Shown: piece by piece, positions 27,507 to 34,789 of the stretch
Numbering within the stretch: position 1 is the stretch's first letter
Layout of the letters: every line of letters starts with the position of its first letter
Source of the DNA: Natrialbaceae archaeon B1-Br10_E2g27
GTDB lineage: Archaea > Halobacteriota > Halobacteria > Halobacteriales > Natrialbaceae
Direction of reading: 5' to 3'
NCBI GenBank assembly: GCA_001563885.1
Contig: LKMM01000001.1
Location: 1 to 34,789 of the forward strand
Length of the DNA: 34,789 bases
Program-made: the position numbers and the translations under genes
Notes under the pieces: generated by a model
The model's input: only the letters and a program-made list of their open reading frames with translations
The model's database searches: none
Told to the model about the DNA's origin: nothing

Positions 27507-27686
27507 TCACCGGGTGCCGTCGGTGGCAAACGCCGCGTTGTATTCATCGATGAGATTCTGCAGTCGGTCGGTTCGGTTCGAAAACGTTCGTGGTGCTCGA
27601 GCGCTCGCCGAGTGGCTGGGTCGGGACGCAGGCTGGGTGGGTGTCGATTCGGGTTCGGTCTGGGTGGGTGCAGGTTGAATGCTCAT
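27507..27686 (-). CDS. small hypothetical protein (59 aa; start uncertain)
   Basis: Pro/Thr-rich N-terminus plus helical DRLQNLIDEYNAAF; an AT-rich promoter-like region lies upstream at about 27796-27818. Confidence 0.55.
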   Translation of the reverse strand: MSIQPAPTQTEPESTPTQPASRPSHSASARAPRTFSNRTDRLQNLIDEYNAAFATDGTR

Positions 27687-27927
27687 GTCGGTTGGAGTCT
27701 GGGTGGTGGTCGATAATCTGGACTTGGGGTGGGAGTAGGCGCAGACTCGTACGGGTACAACCGACATCTGTACACCACCGTACAGACCACTACTACATAA
27801 AAGTTCATGATATATAATCCGCGGCTCCCGGCATGTGTGAAACAATCACCCATGAGCCGTGTCCACACGCCACTGTGCCCAGTATGTCCGACCGAACCGT
27901 TTTGGGTCTACCCAACTGCGTTTGGGC

Positions 27928-28314
27928 ATGGGCTCCGTTCCAGCCGAGGCCGAGCGGCTTCTCGAGAGCGAGCCGCTGATGGCACATCTCGGAACGTGCA
28001 GCGAGGGGCGGCCGCACGTCGCGCCAGTCTGGTACCGGTACGACGACGGCACAGTCGAGATTGTCACCACGGGGAAGAAACTGGCCAACATCCGGGAAAA
28101 TCCACGCGTCGCGGTCTCCGTTCAGGCCGACGAGGGCGGTGACACAGAGTGGATGGTCTCGTTGCTTGGAACTGCCACGATCGTCGACGACGAAGCGGCG
28201 AGCGCTCGAGCGCGCGAGCGGATCAACGACAAATACGGTGCTGGGCCGGATGCATACGAGGAGAATACGCTCGTTCGGATCGACGTCGGTTCTACAACGT
28301 ATCAGACCTACTGA
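27928..28314 (+). CDS. pyridoxamine 5'-phosphate oxidase-like (split-barrel flavin/F420-binding) protein
   Basis: HLGT...GRPHVAPVWY...KKLANIRENPRVAVSV. Confidence 0.9.
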   Translation: MGSVPAEAERLLESEPLMAHLGTCSEGRPHVAPVWYRYDDGTVEIVTTGKKLANIRENPRVAVSVQADEGGDTEWMVSLLGTATIVDDEAASARARERINDKYGAGPDAYEENTLVRIDVGSTTYQTY

Positions 28315-28333
28315 TATCGAAGCGCATGGCTCC

Positions 28334-29749
28334 TCACCGGAGATGACACTTCGAGACGTGTCCATCGTCGACGGTCACCGTGTCGGGGTCGTCCGTGATA
28401 CACGGTGTCCGAAAGAGCGCCTCGAGGACCGATCTCGCCCGCTCTGGGTCCCGGTCGTACAGCGCGTCGATCGCATCGGTGAGTGCCGCCTCGAGCGCTG
28501 GATCCGAGACGGGGGCGGGAACGTCGTGCTCCGATCGCAGTTGCCGGTCGAACTGTGAGGGAGTAACTGCAGTCGGCGCTGTGGGCGCTGGTTCCATCGA
28601 GACGACCGACGCCACTACGGCGTCGGGATCGATCCGTCCCTGCTCGATCTTGATGGCGAGCGTTCTGAGTGCTCGCCACTCCGATTGAGGGATTTCGACG
28701 CCTTCTGGCTGGATGATTCGGTGACATCGGGTATGAAACCGACAGCCACGCGGTGGGTTCTCCGGGCTAGGAACGTCGCCGGTGAGCTCGATTTCCTCGA
28801 GGGAGTCGCGTGGGTCCGGCGTCGGAATCGACGATACCAACGCCTCCGTGTAGGGGTGTTGTGGATGCGTAAAGACCCCCTCCGTTTTCCCCTGTTCGAC
28901 GAGTTGTCCGAGATACATCACGCCGACTCGATCGCAACACTGGCGGACGACCGAAAGGTCGTGGCTGATAAACAGCACCGACAGGTCGAACTCCTCTTGT
29001 AAGTCCTCGAGCAACGCGAGAATCTCCGCCTGCACCGAGACGTCAAGCGCGGAGACCGGTTCGTCGGCAATGAGAAGATCGGGGTTTAACACCAGCGCCC
29101 GCGCGAGGCCGATTCGCTGGAGTTGGCCGCCGGAAAACTCGTGTGGAAACCGGTCGTAATCGGTTGCCGAGAGCCCGACTCGCTCGAGAAGATCCTCGAC
29201 GATAGTTCGACGTTGTGCCCGACCTGCCATGCCGTGGATCGCCAACCGTTCGGAAATGGCAGCTCCGACGGTCATCCGCGGGTCGAAACTGGTCGATGAG
29301 TCCTGTAAGAGCAACTGGACGTCCCGACGGAAGGCTTTCAGTTGCTGGCTGTCGAACTGGGTGACGTCTCTCGGATCGGCCTCATCGGCACTCGAGGCTG
29401 TTCGACCGATTCCGGGAACGCGGTGGATAAGCGACTGGAGCCGATCGATGGCGGCCCAACCGGCGTCTGTCGTCGCCTTCTGGTCGACTGTGCCGTTCTC
29501 TGGGGAGTCACCGTGTGGATTGACGATGATCTCGCCGTCGGTTGGCTCTTCTAGTCGGACGATCGCCTCCGCTACAGTGGACTTTCCGCAGCCGGATTCA
29601 CCGACCAGACCGAACGTCTCACCAGGGTAGATGTCGAAGCTGATACCGTCGACTGCCTTGGCGACGCCTCCCTGCCGGGAGAGTATCCCTTTCGTAATCG
29701 GATAGTGCTTTTTTAAATCTCGCACGGAGAGGACGGGGGTCTCTGTCAT
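28334..29749 (-). CDS. dppF: dipeptide/oligopeptide ABC transporter ATPase (DppF/OppF-like)
   Basis: GESGCGKST, FSGGQLQR, ADEPVSALD, HPYT, GCRFHTRC. Confidence 0.92.
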   Translation of the reverse strand: MTETPVLSVRDLKKHYPITKGILSRQGGVAKAVDGISFDIYPGETFGLVGESGCGKSTVAEAIVRLEEPTDGEIIVNPHGDSPENGTVDQKATTDAGWAAIDRLQSLIHRVPGIGRTASSADEADPRDVTQFDSQQLKAFRRDVQLLLQDSSTSFDPRMTVGAAISERLAIHGMAGRAQRRTIVEDLLERVGLSATDYDRFPHEFSGGQLQRIGLARALVLNPDLLIADEPVSALDVSVQAEILALLEDLQEEFDLSVLFISHDLSVVRQCCDRVGVMYLGQLVEQGKTEGVFTHPQHPYTEALVSSIPTPDPRDSLEEIELTGDVPSPENPPRGCRFHTRCHRIIQPEGVEIPQSEWRALRTLAIKIEQGRIDPDAVVASVVSMEPAPTAPTAVTPSQFDRQLRSEHDVPAPVSDPALEAALTDAIDALYDRDPERARSVLEALFRTPCITDDPDTVTVDDGHVSKCHLR

Positions 29750-30846
29750 CGTTTGTTTGCCTCTGAGACGCGCTCGCGGTCTTTCGATACATCCGTGCTG
29801 TCACGATTGTCTGATTCGTCCTGACCATCACAATCGTCCGATTCGCCCTGACCATCGCATACGACCGACACATCGTATCCCTGGCCGTAGTAGATACACG
29901 ACGCGTGATGGCCCGACTCGACCTCGAGTTCCGGCGGTTGGCCTCCTGTTCGACACGCCTCGAGGGTATGTGGACACCGATCGGCGAACCGACAGCCCTC
30001 GGGTCGGGCGGTCGGATCCGGGAGGGATCCTGGAATTCCTCCGCTCGCGTTCGCTCTTTCGGGCAGGCAGTCTAAAAGCGCCTGTGTGTAGGGATGGGCT
30101 GGCCGTTCGAAGATATCGAAGACGTCCCCACGTTCCATGATCTTGCCGGCGTACATGACGACGACTCGGTCGGCGATTTCGGCGACGACGCCGAGATCGT
30201 GGGTAACAAGCAGGATGCCCATCCCGAACTCGCTTTGGATCTCCGCTAGGAGCCGAACGAGCTGTGCCTGAACCGTGAGGTCAAGGGCCGTCGTGGGTTC
30301 GTCTGCGATCAGGAGATCGGGGTTTCCCGCCAGTGCCATCGCGATCATGATCCGCTGTTTCTGTCCGCCGGAGAACTCGTGAGGGTAGTCGTCGAACCGA
30401 GAACTGGCGTTTGGGATCCCGACTCGTTCCAAGAGATCGATGCCTCGGGCTCGAGCCGCCGTCTTCGAGACGTCTTCGTGGATGCGTATGGCTTCGACGA
30501 TCTGCCAGCCGACACTGTAACAGTGGTTCAGCTGTGAATTCTGGAAGATGTGGGCGATCCGGTTGCCACGGTACTGTCGCAAATCGGTGTCCGAACACTC
30601 GAAGAGATCGACCCCACGAAACCGAACGCTCCCGTCGATCCGTGCCGGAGGTGAGTTTGGGAGTCGGGTTATCGACTCGCTTGCGACGGTCTTTCCCGAG
30701 CCCGATTCCCCGACGAGACAGACGGTCTCGCCCGCTTCGACAGTGAAATCGATCCCGTCGACGGCGACGAGTCGGCCCGAGTCGGTCCGAAACGAAGTCG
30801 AGAGATCCTCGACCTCGAGCAGCGGGGCGTTGGGATCGTCGGTCAT
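29746..30846 (-). CDS. dppD: dipeptide/oligopeptide ABC transporter ATPase (DppD/OppD-like; start revised to MTDDPN)
   Basis: GESGSGKT, FSGGQKQR, ADEPTTALD; ATGA overlaps at both ends. Confidence 0.92.
   Translation of the reverse strand: MTDDPNAPLLEVEDLSTSFRTDSGRLVAVDGIDFTVEAGETVCLVGESGSGKTVASESITRLPNSPPARIDGSVRFRGVDLFECSDTDLRQYRGNRIAHIFQNSQLNHCYSVGWQIVEAIRIHEDVSKTAARARGIDLLERVGIPNASSRFDDYPHEFSGGQKQRIMIAMALAGNPDLLIADEPTTALDLTVQAQLVRLLAEIQSEFGMGILLVTHDLGVVAEIADRVVVMYAGKIMERGDVFDIFERPAHPYTQALLDCLPERANASGGIPGSLPDPTARPEGCRFADRCPHTLEACRTGGQPPELEVESGHHASCIYYGQGYDVSVVCDGQGESDDCDGQDESDNRDSTDVSKDRERVSEANKR
29813..29859. repeat. imperfect 27-bp-period tandem repeat in the dppD 3' end
   Basis: gattcgtcctgaccatcaca and gattcgccctgaccatcgca; encodes CDGQGESDD-CDGQDESDN. 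Confidence 0.8.
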
Positions 30847-32069
30847 CGATCGGCCTCCGTTTTGGCTTCGGGGTCGAGCGCGTCCAGTAACGCGTCGCCG
30901 ACGAAAGTAAACGCGAGGATGGTCAGAAACAGTGCGATGCCGGGAGCGAGGACGATCCAGGGAGCAAAGGCGAGGTCGGTCCGGCCGGCAGCGATCAGTT
31001 GCCCCCACGAGGGGACATCTGAGTCGCCAAGTCCGAGAAATGCGATCTGTGCCTCCGCGAGCAAGAACACCGGGATCAGCAACGTCAACTGCGTGATGAT
31101 GGAACTGGCAGTGTTCGGGATAACGTGTCGACGGATGATGTAGCTTGTACTCGCTCCGCTGAGTCGACTCTCGTTGATGTACTCTGCCTCGGAGACCGAA
31201 AGGGCCTTACTCCGGACATACCGGGCAGTTCCACCCCAGGCAAAGAGAGCAAAGACGAGGATGAACATCGAGAGGCTGGCACCAAAGGAGTACAGAATCA
31301 GGAGATAAAACGGCAGCGTCGGAAACGAGAGGACGATGTCGACAACGCGCATGAGTCCCTCATCGACCCACCCGCCGGAGACGGCGGCGACGGTGCCGAC
31401 GCTAACCCCGATCACGGCGACGACTGACGTTGTGATGAAAGCAATCTGCATGCTGATCGTCATCCCGTGGATAATCGAACTGAAGACGTCGCGACCGGTG
31501 TTGTCCGTCCCCAGGGGGTGTTCCCAGGTTCCATAACACCGCCCGTTTTCGACCTCTCCAACACAGAGGGGGACGGTTGCCTCGTCGACGGAGGTAAACG
31601 CAGGTGGCTGGTGGGCTGTGAGGATATCCTGTGAGGGCGTATTCAATACGAAGGGGCCGATCAATCCACCGGCGAACACCAAAAACAGCCACCCCAGGCC
31701 ACCGAGTGCTGGTCTGTTTCGCTTAAATCTAGTCCAGTAGTACCGCGTCATACGCGGGTTCTGATATAGCGGAACGAGGAGATACCAGACGAACAACAGA
31801 AGCGTACCGACGAACAGATAGTCGATACCGGCCGGATCGTGGGTCAATCCAATCATCTGGAAGGGCCCTGACAGCCCCAGATCCGCTCCGAGTCGGACGA
31901 ACGTGGCTTCGCGGGGGCCGACAACCAGCCAGTCATACAGCCCGAGTGCGAGTACTGGAACCGTACTGTAAAGAAAATAGCGCGTGTTCGTCGAACGCTG
32001 CCAGCCAGTAGGGTTGGCGTACTCCGTCCAGTCGACCTGATCGAACCGTTCTGGTTTTTCTGGTGGCAT
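30843..32069 (-). CDS. dppC: ABC transporter permease (DppC/OppC-like)
   Basis: HPLGTDNTGRD, EAA-like loop, FLGLG..PSWG. Confidence 0.92.
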   Translation of the reverse strand: MPPEKPERFDQVDWTEYANPTGWQRSTNTRYFLYSTVPVLALGLYDWLVVGPREATFVRLGADLGLSGPFQMIGLTHDPAGIDYLFVGTLLLFVWYLLVPLYQNPRMTRYYWTRFKRNRPALGGLGWLFLVFAGGLIGPFVLNTPSQDILTAHQPPAFTSVDEATVPLCVGEVENGRCYGTWEHPLGTDNTGRDVFSSIIHGMTISMQIAFITTSVVAVIGVSVGTVAAVSGGWVDEGLMRVVDIVLSFPTLPFYLLILYSFGASLSMFILVFALFAWGGTARYVRSKALSVSEAEYINESRLSGASTSYIIRRHVIPNTASSIITQLTLLIPVFLLAEAQIAFLGLGDSDVPSWGQLIAAGRTDLAFAPWIVLAPGIALFLTILAFTFVGDALLDALDPEAKTEADR

Positions 32070-32070
32070 A

Positions 32071-33045
32071 TTATCTGTCGTCGTAACTGATCCGCGGATC
32101 CACGATCGTAAAGACGATATCCTCGATGAGGTTGCCGATGACCCCGATAACGGTAAACAAAAGGACCGACCCCAAAACGAGGTTCGTATCCTGAGCCACG
32201 AGGGCGTCGAACGTGGTCCGGCCCAGTCCCGGAATGCCGAAGACTACCTCGACTAGCAGCGATGCCCCCAGAAACATCGCCAGTAGCTGTCCAACAACGG
32301 TCGTCGACAGCGGCACCAACGTCGGTCGCATCACGTGATAGGCATACGCCCGCAGCGGCGAGACGCCTTTTGCTTTCGCGGTTTTCATGAAATCTGCGTT
32401 CTGAAACTCCGCGGATTCGTTGCGGGCGACACGCAGTATCCCGCCGATCGATCCAGTTACCAGGACGAAAACGGGCAACGCGAGTTGGATCGCGTTCTCG
32501 AGGCTGACCACCGGGACATCGGTCCGATACGCTACCGGCACCCAGTCGAGCCAGACGCCAAAGACCAACAGCAAAACGATCGCGAAGAAAAAATTCGGGA
32601 TCGAAAAGCCAAGGAAGGCAATGCCGGTCACGACGTGGTCTTTCCAGGAGTACATCCGTGCCGCCGAGTAGACACCGATAAGTGGGCCGAACAACAGCGT
32701 CAGTATCGTCCAGGGGATCGAATACTGTGCCGTATAGTAGAGTGACCCCCAAAGGGCCTTCGTAACGGGTTGATTGCGGTACTCAGACCATCCCCACTCG
32801 AGGGTCGCAATTCCGGTCATGTAATCTATATATCGGACGTGCAATGGTTCGTCGAGTCCCCGTAACTTTTCTTGCCGGTCTGTTGCTTCCTGGGGGTCGC
32901 CACCCTCGAGTGCGGCCTGTGTTGCCGCCTGCTGGATGGACGGATCCGGCGACATCGAAAGCAGGACGAACGTGATGGTGACGATAATAAATGCCACGAC
33001 GAAAGCCCAGAGCACTCGTGTGCCGATGTATCGGTAGTACCGCAT
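32071..33045 (-). CDS. dppB: ABC transporter permease (DppB/OppB-like)
   Basis: GLDEPL..RY, SIPNFF, TAKAKG, EVVFGIPGLG, DPRI. Confidence 0.92.
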   Translation of the reverse strand: MRYYRYIGTRVLWAFVVAFIIVTITFVLLSMSPDPSIQQAATQAALEGGDPQEATDRQEKLRGLDEPLHVRYIDYMTGIATLEWGWSEYRNQPVTKALWGSLYYTAQYSIPWTILTLLFGPLIGVYSAARMYSWKDHVVTGIAFLGFSIPNFFFAIVLLLVFGVWLDWVPVAYRTDVPVVSLENAIQLALPVFVLVTGSIGGILRVARNESAEFQNADFMKTAKAKGVSPLRAYAYHVMRPTLVPLSTTVVGQLLAMFLGASLLVEVVFGIPGLGRTTFDALVAQDTNLVLGSVLLFTVIGVIGNLIEDIVFTIVDPRISYDDR

Positions 33046-33114
33046 ACTTAGTTCGAACCTCCGATTTCAGCCCAATAGCTGTCGGCATAATTCGATCGTG
33101 ATGTCACGGGCTGG

Positions 33115-34789
33115 TTACTCCGGATAGTACCACGCTGGGAAATCCCAGCCGTTAAACGAGTTTTCGACCGGTCCCTCGAGTCCCGCGACGTATCCTTCGT
33201 TGGAATCGGGAAATGCAAGCATGATGTAGGGCTGTTCGTCGGCGATAGCGCGGAAAAATTCCCCGAACACCTCGTTGAGTTTCGCTTCGTCGCGTGCTGT
33301 TCTGGCGTCGTTCCACAGCTTTTCGGCGTCGAACTTTGGGTAGTAGCCGATGGGGTTGTATTGGGCCGTCGGGCCGTCGAAAAAGGCGTCGTTGGTCAGT
33401 GGATACATCGGATACGTGTTCAGGCCGTAGATGATTGACATATCCCACGGTTGCTCCGAGGTCACCGAACGCGGACCGGGATTGGTCGGCGTTGGCTCCG
33501 TCCACTCGACTTCCTCGCCGTCGATGATGTCAGTCCCACCTTCCGGCTCTGCCGTCCAGTACTGCTCGGCAAACCGCGTCGCGTCGATCGTCTGGAGGTC
33601 GACTTCGATCCCTACATTCTCGTTACACTCACTCGCGATGAACTCCGCTAGCACTTCTGAGGTGGCTGAAACGTCCGTCCAGTACAGCTCGAGGACGACC
33701 TGTTCGCCGTCCGGATTCACGAACTCTTCACCATCGTAGCCATACGCCGCATCGACCTGCTCGAGTGCACGCTTGAGTTTGTCCTGGGCGACAGACCGGC
33801 CATACAGGTCGCCGACGCCGTATCGTGGGATGTCGCCATCGGGGTACCAGTCTGACCACTCCGGCTGCCAGGTGAAATGTGGCTCCGCCGTTCCACGGTA
33901 GATGCCCTCGACGATCACCTCTTTGTCGATCGCACAGGCAATCGCCTGGCGAAACTCCGGTACCCGAAAGAGGTTTCCAGGGCCTGCGTTCCAGCCGTTG
34001 TCCCGCATATTGACCGAGAGGATTTGATTGTACGGTTGGTCGATCGAGTAGACATCAACGTCGTCTTTCCGTTCGAACTCGGTGATACGCGTCGGTGGGA
34101 TCTCAGCGTTGTCGACCTCCCAGGTTTCGAGCGCACCGAGTCGCGAGGCTTCCTCCTCGATGACTCGAATCGCCGCCTCCTCGAAGTACGGTGCATCGTC
34201 GAAGGTATCTGGCCCCTCCTCGATATCCCGGAGATAGTAGTCGTCGTTGCGTGTATACCTCGTTCCGGCTCCGCGATCCCACGACTCCAGTACGTACGGT
34301 CCCAGATTTCCCGTAAACTGCAACTCGAGCAACCGCTCGTCTCCCCGGAGGCCGGTTACGTCCTGTCTCTCGACGTACGGTTCGATGAGTTCGATCGGGA
34401 TCGGATACTCGCGTGGCCCGAGGCTCTCGGGCCAGAGCGGATCCGGATGGGGCAGTTCGGCCTGAAACTCGAGTGTGCCCGTCTCGTAGACCTCGATTCC
34501 GTCCCAGTCGCCACCGCTTTCGGTTGCCGCCCACTCCGACTGATGCAGTTTCCGGATCTGATAGACGAACGACTCGGCTGTGACCTGCCCGTAGGGCTCG
34601 CTGAACTCGAGTCCATCACGCAGTTCGAACACCCATACTTCGGCGTCGTCATCGGCCCAGAGATCATACAGCAACGGGAAATACTCGCCGTCGTCCGTAA
34701 ACGTATAGCCATAATCGAGCGCCCACCCGATGGCGGTCTCTTCGTTCGCCGACGAATTATACAGTGGGTTAAGCGTCGTAAACGACGAA
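33115..34789 (-). CDS. dppA: family-5 ABC substrate-binding protein (DppA/OppA-like), 5' end beyond the window
   Basis: The frame stays open to the edge (SSFTTLNPLYN...); LGPY, FRQAIACAIDK. Confidence 0.9.
   Translation of the reverse strand, partial: SSFTTLNPLYNSSANEETAIGWALDYGYTFTDDGEYFPLLYDLWADDDAEVWVFELRDGLEFSEPYGQVTAESFVYQIRKLHQSEWAATESGGDWDGIEVYETGTLEFQAELPHPDPLWPESLGPREYPIPIELIEPYVERQDVTGLRGDERLLELQFTGNLGPYVLESWDRGAGTRYTRNDDYYLRDIEEGPDTFDDAPYFEEAAIRVIEEEASRLGALETWEVDNAEIPPTRITEFERKDDVDVYSIDQPYNQILSVNMRDNGWNAGPGNLFRVPEFRQAIACAIDKEVIVEGIYRGTAEPHFTWQPEWSDWYPDGDIPRYGVGDLYGRSVAQDKLKRALEQVDAAYGYDGEEFVNPDGEQVVLELYWTDVSATSEVLAEFIASECNENVGIEVDLQTIDATRFAEQYWTAEPEGGTDIIDGEEVEWTEPTPTNPGPRSVTSEQPWDMSIIYGLNTYPMYPLTNDAFFDGPTAQYNPIGYYPKFDAEKLWNDARTARDEAKLNEVFGEFFRAIADEQPYIMLAFPDSNEGYVAGLEGPVENSFNGWDFPAWYYPE

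Noticed and set aside
1-34789. CRISPR array or cas genes
   Set aside because: No regularly spaced direct repeats and no cas-like proteins seen; TnpB is in an IS context.

Overview
High-GC haloarchaeal chromosomal window (acidic proteins, mostly leaderless genes with TATA boxes about 25-30 nt upstream; probably Natrialbaceae, which is inference). The left edge is a tnpA-less IS200/IS605-family (IS1341-like) element with an intact tnpB, a 47-aa DUF2080-type gene missed by the ORF track, and hairpin ends. Next come a PAS/HTH-10 regulator with HalOD1, a Gfo/Idh/MocA plus IolE-like sugar enzyme pair, an intron-containing tRNA-Met, conserved hypotheticals, a B12-dependent ribonucleotide reductase with a LAGLIDADG intein at its catalytic Cys, trpDFEG, tRNA-Val, a Tat-exported hydrolase, an RNase P RNA with a long P3 region, AMMECR1, an HtpX-like protease, NAD salvage genes around a surface-protein gene, an ArsA/Get3 ATPase, and a Dpp/Opp ABC transporter cut by the right edge. 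Most of it is ordinary haloarchaeal core genome. The best novelty leads are a possible autoregulatory DUF2080/operator module controlling tnpB, a miniature double-hairpin insertion in the IS left end, a 16-bp perfect stem before the htpX-like gene, and the RNase P P3 expansion. All family assignments come from recognising motifs by eye; no searches were run.
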